Assembly: GCF_018350175.1 (NCBI RefSeq)
Contig: NC_058368.1
Location: 228,844,001-228,908,000 of the forward strand
DNA: 64,000 nt
From: Felis catus
Lineage: Eukaryota
Reading direction: 5' to 3'
In this document: piece by piece, positions 1 through 12,106 of the stretch
Layout of the letters: the number at the start of each line of letters is the position of its first letter
Numbering within the stretch: the stretch's first letter is position 1
Position numbers and translations under genes: made by a program
The notes under the pieces: model-generated
The model's database searches: none
What the model saw: the letters and a program-made list of their open reading frames with translations, nothing else
Told to the model about the DNA's origin: nothing

Positions 1-192
1 ATGATTTTGGAGTTGAAACAACTTTTTAAATTTTAAATGTAAAATAATTGTTGAAACTATAAGAAACGTAGAAAACCATAAAAAAAATAAAGCTCCCTTT
101 GATTGTCACTATACAGTGTTTTGATTTTTGGCATTTTGTTATATTTCTTATTGCCATTGTTTACCTATGCATGTTTCCTTTTCTTCAGCCTT

Positions 193-246
193 TTCTTCCT
201 TCCTTCCTTCCTTCCTTCCTTCCTTCCTTCCTTCCTTCCTTCCTTC
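193..246 (+). repeat. (TTCC)n microsatellite
   Basis: Tandem ttcc units; source of the LPSF repeats in ORFs 99..440 and 103..333. Confidence 0.95.
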
Positions 247-347
247 CTCTTTACTTTCTTCACTTCCTCCCACTGTTTGCTTACAAACTTAAGATCATAT
301 TCAAAATGTGTTACTATTTTTGTCATCATTTAACGTTAAATAAAAAA

Positions 348-432
348 CATTTCATTCATTCATTCATTCATTCATTCAACAAATACATATTTCATAGTGC
401 CTATGGAAAGGGCTCTGTTATACACTATGGGA
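348..432 (-). mobile_element. LINE-2 3' end relic with (CATT)n tail
   Basis: cattcattcattcaacaaatac...gtgcctatg motif typical of the reverse-complemented L2 3' terminus. Confidence 0.6.
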
Positions 433-951
433 TTAAATAAATCAATCTTCACATTTTGTTTTGATTTTTTAAAATATGTGTTCTGTTTGGCATGCCATTT
501 TTCTGACTTTTGAATGTATATGTTGTTACCTTATTTTTATTCAAGTTATTTTGGGGGGTCAAGATTACTCACTCTTTATTTTAAGTTTTGTGCATTTCAG
601 CTCCTATGTCATCATAGGAATTTTTGCTGGAAATGGGACAGACTGTATTTTGGATTACTAAGAAAGATGAGACACATTATTTAACCTATCACATATTATA
701 CCCTGTAATTGAAACTATGCATAAACATTATTTCACTCTAATTAGAGTACATGATTAGGAGACCCCTTTAACTTCATGGATACTGCTTTGGAAGCTGAGG
801 GCATCAGTGAGCCACCTTCACTCCTTCCAAATGCACACGAAGGGCTTCTAACCCGAAGGTTAATCTGAAGGTTGATATTTTGTAGGGAACTTTTATTTTT
901 AACTTTTTATTTTTTAAACTTTTAAACTTTTAAACTTTTATTTTTAAGCTT

Positions 952-1126
952 TTAATATTTATTTATTTTTGAGAGAGAGAGTGTGTGAGATGGGAAGGGG
1001 TAGAAAGAGAGGGGGACAGAGGATCTAAAATGGGCTCTGTGTTGACAGCGGCTCAAACTTACACTCTGTGAGATCATGACCTGAATCGAAGTTGGATGCT
1101 CAACCGACTGAGCCACCCAGGCAGCC
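952..1126 (-). mobile_element. CAN-SINE (SINEC_Fc-like)
   Basis: Reverse tRNA-derived head (ctgagccacccaggc), (GA)n tract, tttattt tail. Confidence 0.93.
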
Positions 1127-1231
1127 AACAGGAAACTTTTAAAGTTGTATTTTAATATCAGTGGATCATTTTGCAAACCTCCCAAATTATATCCAGGCCA
1201 GCAAAGAAGCAGATCGGGATTATAGAGGACT

Positions 1232-1440
1232 CAGGTCAGAACACTAGCATTCAAGTATCGCAGAAGACATGGGTTGGAAAGTCAGCTCTACTCCTTGCTA
1301 GATTTATGATTTTCAAGCTTTGTGTATCCGATTTGGATTCCTTAAATCAATAAGGATAATTGGGATAATAACACTGCTTTGACTAACTCACAGGGTGATT
1401 GCAAGAAAATAGTTAAAACATGCTTTAAACAGCTTTTAAT
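1232..1440 (+). mobile_element. MIR SINE relic
   Basis: Degenerate MIR core (agacatgggtt...gggataataac...ctcacagggtgattg). Confidence 0.55.
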
Positions 1441-2204
1441 ATTATATAAATATAATAAAACACATAACCCTGGATTAGTCCGGGTTAAGCGTTCCGAGTC
1501 TCCGTTTTGTCACTTAAAAATTAGTTCATTGGATTATCTAATGAGTGAAATGTTTATTATTGTCATATTCTGTCCATGTCAGATGGCACCACCCTTTAAA
1601 CTATACTCTGAATGCCAAGGAACCAGAACATCATTCTTTCTCAAAAAGCATTCTGTCTGAACAAATCTATGTTTCAAAAATTTGTTCTGAAATTTGGACT
1701 TTTGATTCAGTCTGTAACAAGGAATATTTTTCTAGCAAAATGGAAGGGTCACATTAGGCTAGTTTCTTTTAAGAGCTGGAAATTGTAGAGAGTTAAAGTG
1801 AAGCCAACATGTTGGGTTGTGGATTGAAGAAAGGTTTTACAAAAAGTTAAGGAATAAAAATAAATGGGTAGAGTTAGTGATAACTAACTACATCATTGGA
1901 TAATATACCTAAGATTTGCACAAAATTCATTTAAATAGAACCTAATTATGTCTATTTTCATGTAAAGTAACTCCAACAATAACATGGCTCTGATTATATA
2001 TATGATTGAAGTGATTGATTTTTGTGCATCCAATATGATCACTGGAGTTACTTTAGTGTTTTGAGCAGAGATGTACCGAATTATGATGACTGGTGCCAGT
2101 AAGAGTGTTATAAATATTTAATCTATGCAACTGCTTGGTGACAAAATGTAGCTGTAACTTTAATACGTTGTTTAGTAATAGGCTCTAGGAACATGCCATA
2201 GAAC

Positions 2205-2413
2205 AGGGGTCTGCAAAGTTGTAGCCTAGGAGCTAAATCTCACCTGCTACCTGCTTTTTGTGAGTAGTTTGTTGGCAAATAGACATAATTGCTTACGGTC
2301 TGTGGCTCCTTTCACACTACCATAGCACAGTTGTGTTGTTGCAACAGAGATCATATGACTGGAACTAAAATACTTACTATTGAGCCTTACAGAAAAAAAA
2401 TTGTCAATTCTGC
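2205..2413. mobile_element. MER58A-like hAT-Charlie MITE
   Basis: Begins caggggtctgcaaa and ends ttgtcaattctg (degenerate terminal inverted repeats); internal gttgcaacagagatcatatg...aaaatacttactat resembles MER58. Confidence 0.75.
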
Positions 2414-3070
2414 TTCTATCTAGATCCTTTTTTGTGCCAAGAAAAGTTGTAAAAGACTGAAACGGGCAAAAGGTCACTGGGCTTCCTTTCAAAAGACTGT
2501 TGATTTTTTAAAGAGATCCTTCCAGGTTACCTTAAAAAGAGAAAGATAAGTTTTCTTTTTTCTTTTTCTTTCTTTTTTTTTTTTGAACTTGATTTATCTT
2601 TTTATGGGTGAAGTTTAAAATATTTTATAGGATGTTGAGCCTTTTATTTTTCCTTTTCTGCAAACACTCTCTTAATATCTTTTGCTCACTTTTTTCATTG
2701 GTTTTTGTATAATTTTCTCTTCAGCTTGTAGATTCCCTTTGTGTATGAGAGAAATTAATTATCTGTAATATAAAATCCAAATATATTCCCCATTGGCAAA
2801 TAAACCCAATGCTTGATGAAAATTAGAAAGTTCATATTTTTCTAAAGTATAACGTAAAAGTTTATTTTTCTATATAAGCTAACTGCCTTCCCAGCATGAA
2901 GTTAATTTAAATATATATTTTTCATTTATACATAGTTTTATGCTATAGATCTGTCTGTGTTTCGCATTTTCTGTTCAACAGCATGACTTTCATATTGAAC
3001 CATATTGCTGTAGGTCATGGTGTCATTGTTCCTTCTGCCAAAGGTGCACGTTCTCTGCCACATTTTTCTT

Positions 3071-3285
3071 TTTCTTTCAATTAAAAAATGTTTTTTTTTA
3101 TTTTTTTGAGAGAAAGACAGCCCAAGCAGGGGAGGGGCAGAGACAGAGAGAGAGAGAGAGAGAATCCCAAGCAAGCTCCATGCTATCAGTGCAAAGCCCA
3201 ATACAGGGCTCAAACCCACGAACTGTGAGATCCTGACATGAGCGGGAGTCAGATGCTCAACCCACTGAGCCACCCCAAGGACCCC
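3071..3285 (-). mobile_element. CAN-SINE
   Basis: SINE consensus; TSD ccacatttttctt on both sides. Confidence 0.95.
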
Positions 3286-3439
3286 TCCCACATTTTTCTT
3301 ATCCATTCTCCAGGCACCTCTGGTTCTCCACATCTATTGCTATTACAAGCAACATTGCCTTCCTTATAGGTTTGTGCAAGAAAGTGCAATAATGGGTCCT
3401 AAAATATGTGCACTGCCATGCAGTCAAGTAATGTGGGTG

Positions 3440-3737
3440 GCCTCTAAAATCGGACAGCTGCCCCACCTGGCAGTAGGAGTGCAAACAAGGGCCTCGATTT
3501 TGAGGAAGGGAATTCTGTCAAAAAACAGAATAATAACCTTAGAAGGAGTTTCTTCCCAAGAGCCTGCATACAAAAACTCAATCTGACTGACACCTTAGTT
3601 TCAGCCTTGAAATATTCTTACTAGAGAAACTAAGGCACACAGTGCTGAACTTCTGATACAAAACTGTAAACTGGTAGAGATGTTTCAAATCCGTAATTTT
3701 GTCGTAATCTCTTCCACAACAGTAGAACACTAATGCA
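3440..3737 (+). mobile_element. MLT1 (MaLR) LTR 3' part
   Basis: ctgacaccttagtttcagccttg...gaacttctga...cagtagaacactaatgca resembles the MLT1E/F 3' end. Confidence 0.55.
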
Positions 3738-4310
3738 ACTCTTCTGGATGAGTCTGTATCTAATAATAAAGCTTCAAATAAGAAAGCAAACATTGATGGA
3801 ATTCAGATGTTGTCATATATTTATATGTTATGTCATGTTTAATCTTACGTATCTATGCATAGATTAATATAGCTATAGGTTAGCTATATATTTAAATATC
3901 TATCTACATGATAGATTATTAAGGAGTAACATTAATAAAAGCAGATAATTCTACAACTCTTGTGACAACTTTTAATGTGCCTCTCTTAGAAAGTGATAAG
4001 AAAATAAGAAAAAATAACACGAAAGGTAGGAAGATCTGAACAGCACAATCAACCATAAGCTCATAGTTTTGGATACAGCTTCCAGTGATAGCATCATATT
4101 TACATTTGACCTGTTATCTTCAAAATAGGGTCTAGTGGGGTGCTATCAGCATGTCGGGGTGAGGGCACATTTGAAAAGTGTGAATACAAATTAATTCATA
4201 AACTGTGAGGGTAGAAAATATTTCTGAATCAATGCATTATTTTATAAAACTTAATTTTAACGTGTACATATATCCATTAATTAATTATATATCATAAATA
4301 GACCTTGAAT

Positions 4311-4585
4311 GGGGTGACTGAGTGGCTTAGTCAATTAAGCATCTGACTTCAGCTCAGGTCATGATCTCGCGGTCCATGAGTTCGAGCCCCACGTCGGGCT
4401 CTGTGCCGACAGCTCAGAGCCTGGAGCCCGTTTCAGATTCTGTGTCTCCCTCTCTCTCTGCCCCTCCTCCACTCATGCTCCATTTCTCTCTCTGTCTCTC
4501 TCTGTCTCTCTCTGTCTCTCTGTCTCAAAAATGAATAAACATTAGAAAAATTTTTAGAAAAGAGGAGTTTTAAAATTAAAAAAAT
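4311..4585 (+). mobile_element. CAN-SINE
   Basis: Full head, (CT)n tract, A tail; TSD atagaccttgaat/atagatcttgaat. Confidence 0.95.
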
Positions 4586-4936
4586 ATAGATCTTGAATTA
4601 TTTTACATATCACTCTCAAAATTTATATTTACAAGTAAGCCAAATATAATTTTGAGATTTTCTTATCATGAAAGGGAAGGGGGCTTAATATGTGGAATGG
4701 CCTAATATTTTTTCAGTCACACTATCATTAAAAATTCCTTAATAATATATTACTTAAAAGAATTCAGTACAACATTGAATTTTTCATACAATAAAAAACA
4801 AATTGCAGTGTTTCATGAATACATGGATGTTTAATATAAGCAAATCTATTAATAAAATAAATAATTAAGAATAATGCCATCAATTCCCTATTATGATTAG
4901 ACAGCTATTTCTAACACATTCATTTAGCAACCCTGT

Positions 4937-5518
4937 TGTATTAGTTCTAGGGGTGCCGCAACAAAATATCACACAATGAGTGGCTTAAACAACATAAGTT
5001 CACTTTCTCATGGTTCTAGAAGCTGGAGATCTAAGGTTTAGGAATCCCCAGATTTGTTTCTTCTGAGGCTTCTCTCCTTGGTCCATACAAGGACATCCTC
5101 TTTTTTTTTTTTTTTTAACTTTTTCAGTTTATTTATTTTGAAAGAGTGGTGGGGAGGGACAAAGAGAGGGAGAGAGAATCCCAAGCAGGTTCCACACTGT
5201 CAGCACAGAGCCCAATGTGGGGCTCAAATTCACTAAACATGAGATCATGACCTGAGCTGAAACCAAGAGTTAGATACTTAACCGAGTCACCTCAAAGGCT
5301 GTTTTCTCCCTATATTTTCAAACTATCTTCCCTCTGTATGTATCTGTATCCCAATTTCCTCTTATAAGGACATCTGTCAAATTGCATTAAGTCCCACTTT
5401 AATGACCTTATTTAACGTTAACTACCTCTTTTAGGATCCTATCTGAGAGGCATTCTGAGGCACTGGAGGTTAGGACTTCAATAAATGAATTTGGGAGGAC
5501 ACACTTGAACTTATAACA
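4937..5518 (-). mobile_element. MLT1A/B-like MaLR LTR, interrupted by a SINE
   Basis: tgtattagtt...gtggcttaaacaac at one end and ggttaggacttcaa...ttataaca at the other. Confidence 0.8.
5101..5292 (-). mobile_element. CAN-SINE inside MLT1
   Basis: Poly-T tail and gagatcatgacctgagctgaa core. Confidence 0.9.
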
Positions 5519-5703
5519 ACTGTCCATATGAACACCCCTATGTAATTGGAACCTAGAGGACATTTACACAGAGATGGGAAAGAAGGTAAAATAAACCCCT
5601 CTAGAAGAGGATCTTAGTAAGGTCTACTTTCTGTTTTCAATACAAATGTTACATTAGCACAATACCAATCACCATTAATTTTAACTGTCTCTTTTCAGAT
5701 TGA

Positions 5704-5886
5704 TTTTTTTTAATGTGTATTTATTTTTGAGAGAGAGCGAGGGAGGTGCAGAGAGAGAGGGAGACAGAGGATCTGAGGAGGTCTCGTCCTCAACAGCAGA
5801 GAGCCTGATGCAGGGCTCAAACTTATGAACCATGAGATCTTGACCTGAGCTGAAGTCATTTAACCTACTGAGCCAGGCAGGTGCCG
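5704..5886 (-). mobile_element. CAN-SINE
   Basis: SINE consensus; flanking cagat/cagatg. Confidence 0.92.
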
Positions 5887-7559
5887 CCAGATGGGTTTCT
5901 TTATCCGTGTTGAATAAAGTGGGAAGTGAGCAAGCTCCCAACAGTGAAGGAGCCATTGAAATAGATTCTTGAGTCTGTAGTAATAACCACAACACAGGCA
6001 TTATGCTTGAAATAAAATGGGACAAAATGGAAACCAAATCAAAATGGAGGCAATTTAGATTTTGAATCGATGTCTTTAAGCAGGCGTTCCGAAGATGAGA
6101 CTGTTTGTCACTTTGGTTGATGGAATGATCAAGGTTACACTACCTGAAATCTGAAATGTCTCTTGTCATCATTTTTGAGCCTGGAAATATGGTTTGATTT
6201 CTAAAATTATTTTGCAGTGTTTTTGACTCAGCCCATTTAGAATGATTATTTGTGTCATTTCTAGGAACACTTAAGTGTATATTTTGTTTTTGAATATAGT
6301 AACTTCAGAAATTTTCAAGTGGAATTTAACATCTACTCTTTTGGAGTTAAATGTTATTTTACTCAGATGTTTCTGAAGTCACAGCTTGTTAAATCTGTGT
6401 TTTTCAGTGAGAATAACTCAAGGTTCTAATCTGAACTGTTTTATAGGATTCTTAGGCTTTAGTGAAGCGTTTTCTTTCCTACCAAGACCCTTGTAGGGTA
6501 CATAGTCAGCCAGAAGTTTTTGATGTCTAAAAAATTCCTTTTGATTTCAGAGATGTATTTTAGCTTATCCTATTGTCCACTGTTTCATTGTATTCTTGTA
6601 ATATCCTAAAGCATTATTATAATTTAGTTGTGTTAGTACAAGATAGTTTTATTTTCTGATAGAATTTTACAAAGACATAATTTAGGATAAGAAAAAAACA
6701 GAGACAATATGGTCAGGCTTGGTTAAAGGAAAATTAAGCAATTGTTATATACTTTTTAATTACCTCTTCCAAAATAAATGGCAATGCATTGAAAGCCAAG
6801 TAGCATTTCTATTTAATATTCATGGCAGAGGATAAGAGTGACAACCTTGTGTTGTTTCCATGCCATTGTGAAGGAATTATGGTATAAATCAGTAGGTCCA
6901 CAGGGGGCATGATTAGACAGAATCCTAGGGATAGTGGAATATTTTGAAAGCATCTTACTGTGAATTTCGCGTAAAAGCAGCTTTCTATGTTATATTATTG
7001 ATTTGGTTTTGACGTGGGACCAATATTTTTTCCCCTAGATTTTGTGGCTTATGTGCACAGTTGTTCTTGAAAACTTATAAAACAAATTTTTCTCTAATAT
7101 ATATTATGTTTGAAAGCATAGGGTGGGTTGAATTTCCTTCTTTATTATGCAAAAGCAGTATATCATTGCATATTCCAAATGATCATTCCTCCAGAATTTC
7201 CAGCAGTCTCTTTGCACTCTGAACATAAACAATAAAATACATCTCTATTTACGTGTGAGTCTATAGGTTAAAAAACAAACAAACAATAAAATTCCAATGG
7301 AGGAAGCAAGCAGAAATAAAAGGGATAAATATGAAATATGGTTCATTGGGGGCTGGTTGTAAAAAAGAAATTGTTGGAGAGATGAATATCAAAAACAATT
7401 TCAATAGTAGAGAAAAGAAGGCATGTTAACATTATTTTAATATCTTGGTTTCTGAGGGGAAATAATATGATGACTAGTGAAGATATCAAATACAGCTTGC
7501 TAATGTAAACAGAGTTGAAATAAAATATTTTAGATCATGGTCATGTATACTTTTACTGT

Positions 7560-7830
7560 AAGCACTTACAAAATTATAGATTTGAGATCTACTTTCTTAG
7601 CAATTCTCAAGTATATAAAACAGGATTATTAAGTATAAACACCATGCTGGACAGTAGATCCCCAGAACTTATTCATCTTAAAACCGGAAGTTTCTATTCT
7701 TTGGCCAACATCTCCTCTTTGCCCCATCCCAACCCCCACTCACTGGTAACCACCGTTTTACTCTCTGTTTCTATGAGTTTGGCTTTTTTAGATTCCACAT
7801 GTAGGTGATTTCATGCAGTATTTTTCTTTG
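7560..7830 (-). mobile_element. L1 (L1MA9/L1_Carn-like) 3' UTR fragment
   Basis: tagatccccagaacttattcatctt...ggtaaccacc...ttagattccacatgt motifs. Confidence 0.8.
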
Positions 7831-7902
7831 TCTTTATTGTGGTTTTTAAGGTACATAATGTTTCAAAGTATTATTGATTTTAAAAGTTGTCTAAATTGTT
7901 TA

Positions 7903-8098
7903 GGGTCTCCTGGGTGTCTCAGTTGGTTAAATGTCTGACTCTTGATTTTGGCTCAGGCATTATCTCAGTTAATGGGTTTGAGCCCCACATTGGGCTTGAC
8001 ACCGACAGTGTGGAACCTGCTTGGGATTCTCTCTCCTCTCTCTCTCTGCCCCTTCCTGCCCCCAACTTACACACACTTTCTCTCAAAATAAATAAATA
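7903..8098 (+). mobile_element. CAN-SINE
   Basis: gggtctcctgggtgtctcag head and ctctcaaaataaataa tail. Confidence 0.92.
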
Positions 8099-8321
8099 CT
8101 TTTTTTTAATGTTTATTTATTTTTGAGAGAGATAGAGACAGAGTATGAGTGGAGGAGAGGCAGAGAGAGAGAGAGAAGGAGAGACAGACACAGAATCTAA
8201 AACAGGCTCAAGACTCCAAGCTGTCAGCACAGATCCCGATGTGGGGTTTGAACTGTGAACTGCAAGATCATGATCTGGGCCAAAGTCAAACACTTAACCA
8301 ACTGAGCCACCCAGGTGTTCC
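8099..8321 (-). mobile_element. CAN-SINE inserted in the tail of the preceding SINE
   Basis: Reverse SINE; host tail resumes afterwards (aaaataattaataaac). Confidence 0.92.
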
Positions 8322-8409
8322 AAAATAATTAATAAACTTAAATATATATATATATATATATATAATAAACTAAAAATGTATATATACACATATATAGGTA
8401 TATATATAT

Positions 8410-8526
8410 ATTTTTTTTATTTTTTTATTTTTTTTTGAGTAATCTTTGCACCCAACATGAGGCTTGAACTTACAACCCTGAGATGAACAGTCACATGCTC
8501 TACCAAATGAGCCAGCCAGGTGCCCC
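8410..8526 (-). mobile_element. Short, older CAN-SINE subtype
   Basis: gagtaatctttgcacccaac...gagccagccaggtgcccc, lacking the (GA)n body. Confidence 0.85.
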
Positions 8527-8790
8527 TCTAATAACAATCTTTAAATAATAGAATAATAGGTGAAAGGGTTTGTATAGTAGAAATGAAAGTCACTGGAACA
8601 ATCTCTTTCATGTTCCTTAAAATTTCGGTGGACACTAGAACATTTATTCTCCATATTTCCAAAGAAAAAGAGCTCTTCTATAAAGACTTAGACTATTGAA
8701 AAAGATTATTAAAAATAACTCAGTACAAACCCCAGTGATGTGTGTCCCGAAGAAAAATCAACTATTATAAAAACTGTATGTCCACTACTC

Positions 8791-9018
8791 TTTTTTTTAT
8801 TTAAAATTTTTTTTTAACGTTTATTTATTTTTGAGACAGGGAGAGACAGAGCATGAATGGGGGAGGGTCAGGGAGAGAGGGAGACACAGAATCTGAAACA
8901 GGCTCCAGGCTCTGAGCTGTCAGCACAGAGCCCAACGCGGGGCTCGAACTCAGGGACTGCGAGATCATGACCTGAGCCAAAGTTGGACGCTTAACCGACT
9001 GAGCCACCCACGCACCCC
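8791..9018 (-). mobile_element. CAN-SINE (SINEC_Fc)
   Basis: Near-consensus, CpGs retained; TSD tgtccactactct/tgtccatactct. Confidence 0.96.
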
Positions 9019-9149
9019 TGTCCATACTCTTAAATCAGGAACTAATCTTACACTTCTATAGTAAACAACAAAATGATAAATACAAGACATCAGAGGAGAC
9101 TTGTAATCTAATCATCTCAATCGCAGTTGAATATACTGTCTCTAATGTG

Positions 9150-9347
9150 TGTGTGTGTGTGGGGGGGGTGTTTGTTTGTTTTTGAGAGGGGGGTACAGGC
9201 AGATAGAGGGAGAGAGGGGATCCTAAACTGGCTTTGTACTGTCAGTGCAGAGCCAGATGAGGAGCTCGATCTCACAAACCTTAAGATCATGACCTGAGCT
9301 GAAAATGAGTATCAGAGGCTCAACCAAGTAGGCCATCCAGGCACCCC
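9150..9347 (-). mobile_element. CAN-SINE
   Basis: SINE core; TSD ctctaatgtgt; tail degenerated to (TG)n. Confidence 0.9.
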
Positions 9348-9619
9348 TCTAATGTGTTTCTACAGTAGCCTCCTTATTTTCTGGAATCTTTATTACAAAG
9401 CTCCACATTGTGAACTGAAGGTGCTCTGTTTTCTGTCTCCCCTATCTGAACAATCAAGTCTAGTGGTTTTATGTACGACATTTGCAAGCATATATCATAG
9501 CATGGTAAATTTCTCTTCTCTTTGGCCCAAAAGTACCTGAATTTCTTCACCTAAAGTACCATTCCATGAATACACATCACAGTACTTTGCCCTCTTTTTC
9601 TAAGTGTGTTGTCCCAGTG

Positions 9620-10005
9620 TCTATTGTCTCCCTTCTTTATAGTAACAGACCTCTAATTTTATTTGGAACATCATGGTATACAATGAAAGACTATTTTCTA
9701 AGGTATCTTCAACTGGCAGTGCCCAGTGACATGTATTTGAAAGGCATTGCCGCGGCTGTTTACGAGGAATCTCTTGAAATGGGGCTGATCAGTTGGAGAT
9801 TCACCTTTTTCCCTGGCATACTTCTCCCTCCTGCCATCAGGTATATGAACATGGGAGCCACCTGCCACTAGTCATGAGCAACCTGGACTGGTGCCAAAAC
9901 AGATTGATTTTTGTGTGTGAATTGAAGAAACGCTTCTATACGGTTGACCCACTTCTCTTTTACAATTCTCTGATTAGCAACTAAATGCAGTTCTTAAATG
10001 ATACA
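9620..10005 (+). mobile_element. Old MLT1 (H-J-like) LTR relic
   Basis: aaagactattttc...gagccacc...agcaactaaatgca...aatgataca motifs; heavily diverged. Confidence 0.45.
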
Positions 10006-11722
10006 ATTCCACAGGATTTTAATTAGCACCAACCAGGACAAATGAGAGGAGCTTTGTGAATGTTTGGTTTACAGAACGGCACATCAGTCAATGCAGATTA
10101 TAGTCACCTCGTTACAGTCACCAGATTGTTATGTCTTGTGGGAGAGGAGAGAAGCAGCAAAGGAAAAGACTGCACAAGGGAAGGGCTGGAGAAAATGAAA
10201 GGCCTTAGGACATGCTTACATAGCTGAATTCGGCTGGGGCTGGTAAGGAACGCCTAGAACCATTAACATTGTCCAGGGCCATATCCTCCTTCACACCGAC
10301 CCTTCCTAGTGTTATAGAAACCAGTTAACTTGAAATTCAACCTTGAAAAGCTAAACCATTAGATTGATTAACACACTTGCTTAGCTGACTTTATGCACAT
10401 AGTCTTTAGCAATTATCCTAATAAAAAGAAGCTTCATTCCAGAGTCGGGGCCTCATTCCTACTCGAGTATGAGGACCTTCACTTAACTGCACTTTGCGGG
10501 CTCATCTGTTGTGACTCCGGCCATACTCCCTGCAACAATGTCTGAAACATGTCGTTAGTTAATGACATTGAGTATATTTTCGATACATTTTTTCTCGTTC
10601 ATCCAACTTTATTTAAAAATTCTGTAAATGAACAAAAGCCTGGTCTTTCATTTTTTCAATGGAGGCCGTAGTTTAGTTGATCCTCTCTGCCTATTTGCAA
10701 AAATATGTGAATGCATTTTATTATCACTCCATTGCATCACATATTATTGATTAGGTATATTTTAAGTATTTACTTGGATCTTTTTAGAATAATAATTTTG
10801 GAATGCTATTATTTTAATATAGAAGTGGAAGAATTGGCTCATCATTAATAAAAATATTATCGCATCTATTTTAACATAATATAACACTAGAGAATTGCTC
10901 AGGTAAAACCTCTGTTAAATATAAATTTAAGATATAGTGTTGAAGTGATAATATATTTTAATATTACCAATGAATAACTGGTACAAAAGAGTTTATTTTA
11001 TCAGAAAACATCTTGATGGATGACATTTGTATTTCTCCCACAAGGGCAACATTAACAAATTCTTGCTCTGTTTTACCCTGCAGATAAAAAGGTTAGTTGC
11101 CCAAGTAAGAAGCATCTGAAAAACCATTTAGTGCCTGTTTATCAGATACTTTTCCTGTGCCATTTATAAATAACCATGGAAAACAAAATTCCCCAGGAGC
11201 ATCCAGATGTGTGAACGTAAAGGAGGCCCCTGGTTGCTTTCTTCTTCTTGCTCATCCACCGCATTGGGTGCACAGATTCAATGTTTGTTTCCTTTATGAC
11301 GGATTCTTGGTGTTACTGTGCAAGTAAAGATGTCTTAAGCTCTGGGTGCCTTGAATGGTCCAAAATGGCGTAACCATGGTGAAAGCATCTTTGGCAGACA
11401 TTATGGCTGGATATTCCAATTTTATTCTCAAGCTCCTTCTCTTTTGGGCTGGCTCCACGTTAGAGATTAAATTACCTAAATAGGTGCTTTCTCATTCTTC
11501 TTCGTAGATAGGGAGAGCATACAACAAAGTCATAGACAAAGACTCATAACATGCATTTTGCTGAAATTTTCTGAGAAAATGCTGAATTTCTAGATGGAAG
11601 AGATAATTATGGTTTGTGTCAATATCACCTCCATCTGCCCTGACGGCCAGCTCTGCACCATCAACAGTGTCACTGTCTCAACACTAAAGTAGGTAGAGTA
11701 TACAAAAAGGTCTCTTGACCTT

Positions 11723-11916
11723 GGGTTGCCTGGCTGGCTCAATCCGCTGAGCGTCCGACTCTTGATCTCTGCTCAGGTCGTGAGATTGAGGCCTGCATTG
11801 GACTCCGTGCCTCTGCGCTAACAGCGTGAAGCCTGTTTGGGATTCTCAATCTCTTTTTCTCTGCCCCTCCCCTGCTCTCTCTTTCTCTTTCAAAATAAAT
11901 AAATAAACTTTAAAAA
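11723..11916 (+). mobile_element. CAN-SINE
   Basis: Head, body and aaaataaataaataaac tail. Confidence 0.92.
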
Positions 11917-12106
11917 GGGGAGTATTTTCACCTTTGATTCCTTCAGTGAGTTACTGCACAGAAATTAGTAACTGTCATCCTCCAAATATTTTTTTTAAGT
12001 CAGCAAAGTAGATTTAAACCACTTGCATTTAGATACTTGTGGGAGATACAGGAGAGAAGCCAAAAGGTATTTTAAACTACTACTTTACAATTTTTCTTCT
12101 CAGAGG

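Noticed and set aside
4311..4390. tRNA gene (A/B box-like sequences here and in other SINE heads)
   Set aside because: These are tRNA-derived SINE heads followed by SINE body and tail, not cloverleaf tRNA genes.
6075..6145. Possible small coding exon (- strand SVTLIIPSTKVTNSLIFGTPA*, or + strand MRLFVTLVDGMIK)
   Set aside because: Weak polypyrimidine tracts, no recognised peptide and no partner exons.
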